The notes below the pieces were generated by a model. The model worked only from the letters and a program-made list of their open reading frames with translations, did no database searches and was not told the origin of the DNA. Positions 52,000 to 64,000 of a stretch of 64,000 nt of DNA are shown here, one piece after another. Position 1 is the first letter of the stretch. Each line of letters opens with the position of its first letter. This DNA is from Mytilus trossulus (Eukaryota), in NCBI RefSeq assembly GCF_036588685.1, contig NC_086385.1, positions 25,009,216 to 25,073,215 on the forward strand, given 5' to 3'. Made by a program: the position numbers and the translations under genes.

Positions 52000-54600
52000 A
52001 AATAAAAAGATGTGCTATGATTGCAAGTGAGACAACTCTCCAATGACACAAACATTAACATCTATATGTCACCGCACGGCCTTCAACAATGAGAATAGCC
52101 CACATCGCATACTCAGCTATAAAAAGCCCCGAAATGACAAATGTTAAAACAATTTAAACAGGAAAACTAACGGCCTAATTTATGTACAAAATAAAGAACA
52201 AAAAACAAATATGTTACAGAGTAACAAACGATAACCACTGAATTACAGGCTCCTGACTTGGGACGGGCACAATCATAATGTGGCGGGGTTAAACTCGTTT
52301 AAAGGCGCCAACCCTCACCTAAACATGGTACTGTGGTGCAACAGTACTACATAAGAACACGCTATTAAAATCAATTGAAAAAGGCTTAACTCATCAGATG
52401 GATACATATAGAAATACATCTAATAAAAACACAGAGTGGACGTGGATGGGTACTTATACATCCCAACAACAAAATGACACGAAGTACAGATCTGAGAGTA
52501 TTCACAGTTACTGACAGCTTGTTCAAAGCCAATATATAAAAAATAAGATGTGGTATGATTGCCAATGAGACAACTCTCCACAAGGGATAGCAACTAATAA
52601 ACAAAATCATGCATCTTAGACTAAAATATCAATCATTTATATTATAACATCCAATGGATTTAGTGTAAAGACGTCATAAACAGTTGGAGAAAAACATGAC
52701 CTTGTGCAATGCTAAGATACAGGTATCGACAGACTGTAGAACCGTGAAGTTGCATATGTATATAAAAATAATATTAAGTTGGATTTTAATTTACTGATAA
52801 CAAAATCAATATTATTACCAATAAAAACAATATTCAAAGATCTTATTACAGTGTTGAATTGGTAACCTTTTGGAATAGTTTATTTAAAGGATCGATAAGT
52901 TCACCAGGATCGTTTCTAACTTTCCGGGCTCGGTAAACAACATCTCCGTAAAAATAAGGATGTGTTTTCCCGTTTGAAATAAGTTTTCTACAGGTACAAC
53001 CAAACTTCAAAACCAAATATTTATATCTTTGGAATAATTTAGTAAAGGTTTTAAGTAACATGTGGTAACGAAATCCCTGACCTAATAATTTACCAGTATT
53101 ACACAGATTACGTTCATTGAAATCCAAAACGTCACAACAGACACAGGCATAGCAAACGAGTTGTGATATATAAACACCGTAATATGGTGCCAAAGGAACA
53201 TCACCGTCCAAAAAAAGGTAAATTAACAATAGGGAACGAAAAATCTTCCCATTTGTCGTTAAATTTTAGTGTAGAGTTTTCCGTTTAAATCTGAAATATT
53301 TAAGTCTAGGAAAGGACAGTTTTATTCAAAGTAATTTCCTTTAGGTAAATTTCGGCAATATATTTAGAAAGTTATTGTTTAACTGACGACACAAATATCA
53401 TCAAATTAACGGTAAGTGTTGTGGAATTTATAAATTAAATGAAATTTAGACGGGTCTTTACTGAATTTGGTCATAAACTGTGATTCATAACAGTACAAGA
53501 ACAAATCTGCTATGAAAGGGGGGCAATTGTTGCCCATAATAATACTTACAACCTGTCGATAAACTTCATTGTCGAAACGTACATAAATATTGTCAAGGAG
53601 ATAATATTATCAAGGAGAAAATTAACAGCTTCAATCATCTCATCACACCTCCAGTAAGTATATCTAGCATAGTTACCTTTCTCATTTGAAAAGAAGGCTT
53701 TAAATGAGTTGCAGCAAATATATTTGCATTCAGATTTACCAAAGAAAATTATCCAAAACATCCAAAGAATTGTTTACACTGCAAAAATAGTAAATTCCAC
53801 TATTTTCATATATTTTATTACAAAAATTAAGGATACGTTCTTTGATAAGAGTTAGGGAACTGGTAACAAGCACTGAACCATTAGTTGTAGAACACTTACT
53901 AGAGGCCGAGATGAAACGATATTTAACTGTTTTTTGTGTAGTATGGGTAACCAATACATAGTTTTGACCTTCAAATGTTCAGAAGAGGCTTTAAGCTGTG
54001 GTTGTGATATGTTTGTTTACTATATGACTCTCTGTGGCGGTACACACACAAACTGCTTTGAAAGTGAACGAAGTTTGTTTCTTATTCTAGAAATAGGCGT
54101 ATTACGTATTCTTTAATTGTATCTGAATTCTTTTCAAAATGTGATATTCGAATATCCACAACATTCATACATTTATTTAAAAAAAGAATCAAGAGATTTC
54201 TTATCAGATTTTTCCCGTTTACACCAATTTTTACAATAAGATGAAAGAGCGTTTTTTGTGACCTGACGACAATGTTTCCAATTTATTTTAGATGGAGGAC
54301 GATATTTTGGTCCTTTTTTCAAAAAGCGTTTAACCTCTCGGTCTTGAAGAATATTGAGGTCCCCCGTAATAACATGACCATATGGATCATATCTAAAATT
54401 TGACGGTTTACAGTCTCAAGTTAGAGGCGTATTATTTTCTACATTGACGTCAGATGTTACTGACGTACAATTAAAAATAAAACTTCTGTTGGTTTTTTTT
54501 TGTATGTATACGAAATAAAAGAGGGTTCTGTGTTATCAAAATGGGGAGGTATAAAGTTTTTTTAATATTCAAAAAGTGTCGTTAATGATCTTCAGGTTTA
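52000..54600 (-). mobile_element. Long degraded Penelope-like element
   Basis: [70 protein letters not shown]; many stops and frameshifts. Confidence 0.8.
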
Positions 54601-57600
54601 TCGATAACCATGAACAGCCTATGGTGACAAACAGCTGTAATTATACGCGAATATTCATAGAATGGGCTGAAGAACGAGATTGTGTCACACGCCTTGAAAA
54701 TATCATGTAATTTACTAATTGGTATTTGACCCAGATTACATAATAATTGATGCCTACCATGTTGGACCTATTTGTAAAAATCGTTTCAAAGTCTAATATA
54801 CATCTACCTTGCAGGGATTTGAAAAAAATTGTAGTCATTTAAAATAATTTTCAAATATAGAACACGAAAAAAAAATGCTACCACGACCTTAGACATTAAA
54901 ATCAGAAACAAGCTGATCTTGCCAAATCTAAATTTTGAAACTTTAAAGGAAGGGAATATGGATTATTGAAACTCCAGTTATGTCAATGTATTATGTATAA
55001 AAAGATTAAAATATACCACTTTTCTGAAACTACCATTTATGTTCATCAACTAAAAACTGATCAGTATTTTATGATGTTGTTTTCAGCATTGGTAAACCAA
55101 TTAACCTTGATCGAATTCTCCGGTCACAGCTTATATATAGGACAAATTGTATTCCGGCCTATACAAATATTTACATGAATAGGAATAAAACATTTCCAAA
55201 ATATTATTGTAATTTTGTACCAATAACTAGATGAGCGAACCAGCCTATGTATCTTTTGAGGTTATGCCAACTGCTTTCCAATGTTGTATGCGTGTATTAT
55301 TTACAACGTACCTTGTTCAACTTTTTTGAACTAGTAATAAAGCTTATACTTTTCATGCGCAAAATAAACTTCACCATTTTACTACATATTACGCATATCA
55401 AATATTCTATGCCTATTATAATGGTTTATATGGCGAATATTCCTTCTACCTTTTGATATCATAAGAAGTTTTGTTCTTCTATGGTTTAGTAAAACAATAT
55501 ACATAATCAATGTCTTCAAAAGTGATTAGGGGGTGATTGCAAGTTATTATTTTTCATAACTTTGTTTAGGCCGTTTTCTCCTTTCTTTATATTATTGTCA
55601 GTTATTTTCTATTCTTTATCTTTTAGCCCTCCTTATATCGTTTATACTTTCACACCCGATTGTTTATAGATTGTTATTACGTTGTGTCGCTACCCAACTG
55701 TCTATTTGAGGCGGTTGGCCGTCAGCAAATATGTTCAACCCGCGACATACAATATGTGACCATCCATGTTGAGGAGCCAGTAATTCGATGGTAGTCGGTT
55801 GTGCATCTAATCACATGTATTTTTCTCTTGTTGTTTTGAACATAATTAAGGCCGTTGGTTTCCGCGATTAAATTGATTTAAAGTTAACCTTGTCTATGCT
55901 TTTTATAAGCTTGATATGCAGTATTGGTTTTACTAATTTGTGAAGGCCGTCGGAGACTTTATGTGACAAACATCTACGTTATCTGGTCTTTAATGAATTG
56001 TTTGCTCATTGGCAATCATATTAAACTCCTTATTTTATATACAGTCCTGGAGTAACATATTATATTCCTAATGAAGTTTAATTGACGTCTATCATCTGGT
56101 TTGAAAATATTGATGATTACAGTTTTTATACAACGTCATATTTACACTTTACTTTTGCATTACTTAGTATATATATAGACCTTTTTTACAAATCAAACTT
56201 TACTCTCAGTTACCTAAACTAATTTTTTATCGACGCTAATGCATCCATTACACAACCAAATGAAGACAAAACATAACACCTTATTAAACACAAGGACATT
56301 TATATGTAGAAAAGAGGCGAAGGATACCACATGGATATTAAACTCATAAGTCGAAATTAAATCGAAAATGGAAACAGGGAATGTGTCAAAGAAAAACCAC
56401 CCGACCAAAGAGCAGAAAACAGTCCACCAATGGTTATTTAACAAAACGAGAAAATCTCACATCCGGAGGCGGGCTTCAGCTAGCCTATAAACAATGATGG
56501 ATATTAGTTCAGCGAAAATGGACGTCATAGTTAACTTCGAAACATATACACGAACCAACATTAGAAATAATACAAGTCTCCTGACTTACGAAAGGCGCAC
56601 ACATGCGGCAGGGTTAAACATACGTTTTGATATATTAACCCTCTCCCTATACCTTAAGCCAATGTTGAATTAACCCAAACAGCAATACACACAGTTAAAA
56701 TCAGTTTAAAATGAGTTTTTCAAGTCCGATCTTAGAATAGGTAACAAAAAAAACTTAGAAGAATGACAATGATGAACATAAATTAACAAAGGACTGCTTG
56801 CAGTTATTGATATGCCAGCTCCAGACCTCAGGTAAACTGATCAAAAGATTATATCCTCATATGAAAACAAACTGACAATGCAATGTCAAAAAAACGAAAA
56901 ATGAACAAGGACAAACAACAGTATGAAGAACACAACAAAGAAAACAAAAAACTGAGCAACACAAACTCCACCAAAAAACCGAGCTGATATCAGGTGCTCC
57001 AGAAGGGTATGTGTTGGGATAAAAGGGAATGTGAATCTCTCCGGTAAAACATTCAGGCAATCTTTAGAAGTACAATTGTCAATTCAACACAGCTTATACG
57101 GGTAATTCTTTCGATTTGTTCACTACTTGAGTAGAGTCTGTATAGGTATAGAACTAGACATGAAAACAAAAAGCTAAGACTTAGCAATTATTATAACATA
57201 TTAGGCAAAATACGTTCTATATAACCATTTTGGTGCTTGCTTCAAGTGAGGAAATAGTGGTTTTGTTCCTAGCCCGGTCGAACCAGAGACTTTTAAATTG
57301 CTACCTCTTTGCTAAGTACACGGCATTTAGCTGAAAGAGCAATGACCACATGATCGGAGTCAAAATAGTGATGCGAGTAGAATACCCTGGTCTTCTGTGG
57401 ACTTTTATCTTCTTCTCTAAACCAGTGATCATGGAGGGTGCTGGTCTTGTTGAATTACATTAAGAGTACCAATTGTAACCCCTTGTTGGTAGGGTTCGTG
57501 TTGCTCAGTCTTTAATTTTTTCTATGTTGTGTTTGAGTACTGTTGTGTGTCTTTTGGTCATTTTCTTTTTCTTTCTTGCCATGGCGTTGTCGGTTTATTT

Positions 57601-58282
57601 TTTCGACTTATGAGTTTGAATATACCATTGGTATCTATCACCTCTCTATTACTGCACAAGATGTACATTTCGACAAATATTATCTTTTCAGTGATAATCA
57701 AGGCAAAACTATTTGAAAATCCAAAACTTAAAGTGCTGATAAAATAAAAATGCACCAAACGTTTAAAGTTGGACAAGGAATCAGAACTATGCTATGCAAA
57801 CCAAGGTTAATGTCATATCACAATATTGTGTTCAAGTTCTGAATATGTTTTCGATCATGATGGCCATCATCATCATCATCATCATCATATTAATGTATTG
57901 ATTTGTTTATTAACTATAAAACATTCTTTATGTAATTTGCGTCTCGTTATCTCATCTCAGCCTCGCAATCAGCACTTATCAATAACAGCTATTGTTTGAA
58001 CCTCTATTTGACCGCCCTGAAAAATAAACAATCGTTTTAAAAATAGATTCAATGTAAAAAAAACATGTAAAAGACCTGACAAAAACTTCAATTAGATACT
58101 TATTTTCAGATATTTATTTTGATTGCAATAATGTAATGCATAATGCTTAAACCGGTCGAAATACAGACAAATGGTACAACTATACATAGTGTATGCCTTT
58201 TTTCCCTTTATTTATGCTACAATATTGTAAAGAAAATTACATGTTAAAAAACATATGACCTGTATTTTAAGACTGACATTAA

Positions 58283-58544
58283 GGGGGTACCCAACACCTT
58301 GACTAAAATTATTTTGGCTCGTTTAATTTACACAAAATATTTACTTTGACCCTTTGAAAAAAATATAAAAATTTCAAAAACTTGAACCGATTTCTTTCTC
58401 GGAAAAAAATGGTTGGATATATAGCAGTTTGACAAACACTAATTTTGATCACTGAGAAGCTTGATATTCCCTGAACAATACAACATGATTGAAACGTTTA
58501 GCTGATTTTACAGAGTTATCTCCCTGTAGTGTTAGGTACCACCG
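58283..58544. mobile_element. Kolobok-like MITE
   Basis: TTAA|gggggtacccaacac ... gtgttaggtaccaccg|TTAA. Confidence 0.7.
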
Positions 58545-59148
58545 TTAATATTAGAAAAATATTAGCCAACCCTAACCCTATTGGCTAACCTGACAGAGTC
58601 TTAAATTGTAAGATAACATCATGACACTGAATACATTTTTAATATATATTTATAAAATAATTTTACTCAACTAAAAAAAATCAATTTAAACTTTCCAATG
58701 AAAGCCTTAGACATGCTCTCACACAGAACATCCTGGGACCAAGTAAGTTAACATGTACATATCTATGAAGTCTTGTATATCCAGTTTATGTTTCTTGAAT
58801 CAGAAAGTTATGTTGATATTGATTTTTTCTAGTGTTAAGTGCATACAAGAATAGTGAGCCAATAAATGAAATAACAGTCAAATGTGAAATCTGCATGAAA
58901 CCATATCTTGTGGAAGGAGACAGAGGAAATTCTGCCAAAGTGACATATTTCAAGCGTAGTAAGTTACATGTATATAAAAAAAATCATTATGACATACATG
59001 TTTTCAATTTCACTGCTTTGTTATTAGATATTTGAAATCCAAATTATGCTTTTCACAAACCCAGTTATGGTAGACCCGAGAGAAGCTGTTGCGTATTTTG
59101 ACTAAGGTTTTACTTTAAATAATCTGGGCAGAAATTGACAGAATGGAT

Positions 59149-59152
<4 letters not shown>

Positions 59153-59180
<28 letters not shown>
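59153..59180. repeat. (AT)n microsatellite
   Basis: Seen directly; also (CAT)n at ~57865-57888 and (TG)n at ~21909-21923. Confidence 0.95.
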
Positions 59181-59183
<3 letters not shown>

Positions 59184-61225
59184 CTTCAAAATGAGATAAA
59201 TAGTTGATATCGGTTTCCTAAAATTGAAAGGAAATTTACTATACAATAAAAATAAAACAACATCAAACCTAGTACACACTATACGATCAAAATAGAATTG
59301 AACATACAATTATTATAAAAATACTACAACCTTTGCAAATTACGTGGCACACATACATATTGTATATAATTAAGACTTAGCTATTGTTGTCCCACTTTGA
59401 CGGAGTCAAAATGCAAGACAAAAATATGTTGTTCCTGATGGCGTCGGTGGCGACTACGTCAACAATTTGTTAAAGTTTATGATTAGGCCAGTTTAAAATG
59501 AACCACTTATTGTAGGTCAATGATATCTGGTGCGCAGTTGTATTTGCACACCTCATTTCTATAGAGACAATTTGGCCCCGCTCCTTCAGTCATGATATAT
59601 TGAAAGTTTTCCATAGCGTCGGCTCATCTCATTTCCAGAGAGATTGTTTTACAACAACCACTTAGTCATCGTTTAATGACTTTGGTGTATTGCCTAACTG
59701 TTAAAGATTATTGTTAGGTTAGTGCAAGTAGAAACTAATAATTTTACGTCAATAATATTTGGTATGCATTTATATTAGCATTGGCATATATCATTTCCAA
59801 CACGGCTGTTTTGCCTCTCATCTTCAGTCATGGTTCATTGACTAGGAGCATTTCCGTAGTTAAAATGTTTAAGTGTTGCAATTTGAATTTATACAATTGC
59901 ATTCAACTATCAAAATTACATAAAGGTGAGACATATCTCTGTGTCAACTGTTTATATACACTTTTGGGTAATTTCGTATGAATATTTATGTTTGTTCCAA
60001 ACCTTTTATTGATGGTGTTTGATTATCTCATTGATGCAAATAAGCTGCCCATTCTTTTTATAATTTTTCTTTTATAAGTTTTTTATTCTATTACAGAACA
60101 TTATGATGATTGTGAAAACCAATATGTAAAGAAAAATCATTGGCGACAGGAAAAGATAATTTTAAAAACGCGATGGCATCCTGGTTAAAAAGTAGCGTAC
60201 ATACACAGCATCACTCAAGTTCAGATGATTCAGATATTGATCATGAACTTGTTCATATTGAGTCTTCGGGGTAATCATTGCAGTACTTTTGTGTTGTGAC
60301 TTTTTCGTACATAGCCGAAATGTCGGGCAGTATGTGACACCCTCACACATATCTATTGACACTCTTTTTGGAATAAATTATATAACACTGTTTATATATA
60401 ATAATTGTTATATTGATCATTATTATAAGTTTACAAATATATGAATAAAACAATCATGTTTAAGTAATTGATGAGAATTAAACTATGTTCCAAAACAAAA
60501 ATTATGAATAAATAATGATTGAGACAGCGAAAGAAATAAGTTAGATAAAGATGAATCATCCCGTCAGCAGATTAAGGGGGGGGGGGGGTATTACAGCTGA
60601 ACCTAGTTGTATTTTGCCTGTTTACACGAAGGCCGTGAGTTCGAACCTTCTAAATAGAAATCTGTCGAATTAAGTCTTAATTGATAACAATTGCCAGTCA
60701 TTCCCTAGAGTTTATACTTCATCCACCAATTGAGAGTGGTCACCATGAGATAGGCAATCAAGATAAATATGGCGTTAAAAATCAAACAAATTTCGGTTAA
60801 TGGATACAGGATCCAAAGATTGTTTGGCTTGAATTGAAAGATATGTTTAATTCCTATAAATGAACAATAGGAATGCATTCTGACTATGTAAGCACCTCAG
60901 CATATTGTTTTATAAGAAATTATGAATAACTATAAAATACAAAATGGACAGTCATAAACTTCAAAAGAAACTCTCTGTTTTCCAAATTAAATATAAAAAG
61001 ACAAGCCGAAAATATTTATAAAACAGGCAACTTCACACAAAAAATACGAAACAAACATGACGTACTATGGCCTAATATACGAGGTATACGTCTTTCAGAT
61101 ACCATCCCTTTTTATTTGAAAACAGACATTAACTGTTCAAGCACTAATACCAATTTTGACTAACTGCATATTAATAAAAAATACCCTGTCTATAAGTCAA
61201 CCCTAGACATGAATATGACAGTGAT

Positions 61226-64000
61226 GTGACAGAGTTTCACAATACAGTGGAATTTCTTGGGGGAAGACAAACATCAAATTTCATTAGAGGTCCCATGTGT
61301 CATTCACAAGGGTCTGTCTATCAAAAGGACCTGTCAAATCACAAGCTGAACTTAGGAGGACCAAGTCGTTCAGTAAGACAGTTATTGAAAGGGGACTTTA
61401 CAACCTCAAATGGAGTAATTGGTAAATTACTGAGTACATTTCTACAACTTATTAATGGCAATGAAAGCGTAGAACCATTGCTCAAAAATGCAATTACTCA
61501 GGTCAAGTCGGTGTGTCGGCGTTTGATGGAACAGCACTAAAGACTGTATTTGAGGTCGACGATAGAACTAAACGAGTAATAGGAGGCAGTCAGGATTATG
61601 ATGTAGTATACATAAAAGCAAATCCAGATCCGAAACCAGAAGATCTGAGAGGGAGCATTGTCACAGAGGCTGCCGTCTCCTATTTGACTACATTATGCAA
61701 CAAAGTACAATGTAAGCAGAAGCTATTGATTACCTTACAAAGGCAGGAAAAACAGTTACCTTTATGAAAAAAATATTCATTAACACAATGCTCACATGCC
61801 AATTATGTCTACACTGCCTCGAAGGCGTCGAGTATGTCGACAATATTGTCAAATATAACCATGAATGCAGCTCAATTTGTGAAACATGTATACGTGACTC
61901 AAAAGTATGTGATCTTTGTATCACAGTCGGCCAAACTAGTATCCATCCTTCTCTGAGGTCCTGCAGAAAATGTGTAGAAGATAAAAAAGTTTGCATAAAG
62001 TGCTCAGTGTTAGCCTTGATATCGGACTGTAAATCTGGGAACAAAGTTGCATTGGAGGCTTTGAAAAAAAACATAGAGGATGGTTCCGCTCATCCATTAT
62101 TGTCTGTTCTTTCGATACTGTCCGACTGCGTCCATGTTGGAAAATCAATCAAATGCAGTTTTTCAAATTGGTACCTGCTTTTCAACAAGGAGAGGGCAAA
62201 TCTGTATATGCTCCACACGTGTAGATATTCGAAAAAGACTACGGAAACAGTCGATTGTGTAAGAAACAAAGACAGAATGTCTATTGACACTGTTATAAAG
62301 ATCAGTAGTACGGCAGTCCGCGACATTCTGCGATCAGTAGATTTGATTGTCCATAACATGATACCTGAACGTTTTAGACCTACTGAGAACAACAAACTAG
62401 GAATGTACCCACACCCAACTGCCATCGCGTGCAACAACCTATGTAACATTGTTTTCTGTGACATGAACGCACTAAATAAATCATCAAGTATTTGGAAAGC
62501 TAGATTTCACAATCATGTGCAAATACTAGAGCTTCAAACGACAGAAATCACTCACTGTAGAAGTTTAGTAATTTTAGCTGGTATATGTTTTGTATGCCAG
62601 TTTGGTATAAATATATTAGTTTTTAGATTAACCCGAACCGTCGGTTTATCATTAAAATCATTAGAGTCAAAAGTCCAACTAAAGAGTACGGCTGAAACCT
62701 TCAACTTGTCAACAGAAGGTACAATATTTGATTTACGCAATCGCATTGAAAACCATCAGAAAAATGTTGAACAATCAAGACCCCACAAAAATGAACTATA
62801 CATGAATGAAGACATCCAGCCGGGGATTATAACAAAGGCAGCTGAAGACATGATGTTTTGCAGTAGTGATGTAAACAGACTTGTATATCAAATCAACATT
62901 AAAGCGGATGGGGTTGGTTACAAGGGATATGCTGTTAATATGTGTACGTATCCGAACTAATATTCGCGAATTCTTGATCTATGCTGTTCTGAAAACCATT
63001 TATATGCTTCTTGGAAAGGCTTAGATGGAAACGGGGAATTAATGGTATTCAATTTAGACGGGTTAAATGTACATGAGGCAAAACAACACAGATGACTGTC
63101 AAGAAATTTATGGTCTTACTAAGTTGAGAAACGAAATAGCCTTCACAGATACAAAAGCAAGAAAGATCAAACGCTTTACAGCCGGAAATACAATTGTCAT
63201 TGCTGGCACAGGGATCGAGGGATGCTCAGTTGGTTCGGCTTCACATTCCACATTCGGACAGCTCATGGGTATTGCATGCGAGAACGCTACAAAAAACCGT
63301 GTGTGTGATGATCAATTTGGGTCGGTCAAACTAGTCACTACAATTAGTGGAACTATTCCCTTTCTAGAAAGTTTACATAAACTTTACTTTACCTTTGGTA
63401 TTCATGCAAAAGGAACAAAATCACCAACAGATATGACAATAGAAAACATTGCAGGTATGAAGGACGCACTCAATTTATTTGAAAATGCTGAACAAAATGT
63501 AAAAGACCTCACCAATCTAACAACAACAAAAAATGGACCGGAGGGAACAATTTCGTTGAGAACCATGGAGTCAGTTGCACTGTCACATTCTTCAACAAAA
63601 CGTGTTCTGGAATCATCTAACATGCAGTCTTGTCTAACAACTGTTGTCGAAAACCTTCATGCTGTCAGTCATGTTAAGCAGAACCTTCCAACAAAGCTCG
63701 AATATTGTAGGGATTCGGGACAATCTTTAGAGAGAGCGTCAAGACGATAACTAAATGGTCCGCCTTCTATTTTACGAAAAAGTTCTCATATTATCCTTTT
63801 CCAGAAAACAGCGTAAGACTCTTATCGATTTCGTCGTTAGAAAAAAACAGACCAAATAACTGTAAGTCGTGATAACCTAAATCAATTATATGAAAGGGCA
63901 AATAGACACGGGAAGTGTATACCACAAAGAATCGTTCGACAGGAAAAGACAGCATACAAATATGGTACTCTGCCTCTTAACATGTACCAGATGTCGAACC
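61226..64000 (+). pseudogene. Decayed P-element-like DDE transposase with Cys-rich insert, SAP-like motif and NHL-repeat propeller; continues past the window edge
   Basis: Collinear ORF pieces 61226-61540, 61513-61767, 61764-62960, 63067-63750 and beyond; motifs AFDGT, LISDC..GN, DCVHVGKS, DRMSID and VVENLH...PTKLEY; NHL-like HPTAI and IAGTG..G...G.A....F.Q.MGI. Confidence 0.6.

Noticed and set aside
52370-52405. CTGATGA on the minus strand in a Penelope-like tail
   Set aside because: No GAAA or stem III follows, so it cannot be folded as a hammerhead.
164-60362. Most 60-130-aa ORFs in the track
   Set aside because: They fall in introns or repeats, have AT-driven composition and show no motifs. 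No tRNA or rRNA genes were recognised.
61226-64000. Bacterial contamination or horizontal transfer, suggested by the intronless NHL repeats
   Set aside because: It is contiguous with host-type repeats, multiply frameshifted, and carries eukaryotic transposase-like motifs.

Overview
Very AT-rich, repeat-dense, intron-containing animal DNA. From my recognition of the repeat types it looks like a bivalve mollusc, probably Mytilus; this is unverified. (1) 1.1-21.4 kb (+): the 3' part of a spliced ROCO gene. Seven exons join in frame as Roc GTPase - COR - B-box zinc finger - beta-propeller, with no kinase. (2) 22.9-29.6 kb (-): a full-length L1/Tx1-type LINE with target-site duplication (TSD), poly(A) tail, ORF1 and a twice-frameshifted ORF2. 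It also carries an intact, unexpected 464-codon hydrophobic ORF between ORF1 and ORF2, and a compact 3'UTR pseudoknot. (3) 35-42.5 kb (-): a spliced orphan gene or pseudogene. (4) 42.8-49.7 kb: a unit bounded by long inverted repeats with fossil coding sequence inside. (5) 61.2-64 kb (+): a decayed P-element-like DDE transposase with a Cys-rich insert, a SAP-like motif and NHL repeats. The remainder is Penelope-like retroelement debris (including minimal hammerhead ribozymes), Helentron-type tandem-repeat elements, a CACTA/foldback element and MITEs. The best candidate for a new system is the three-ORF LINE, followed by the propeller-bearing P-like transposase.
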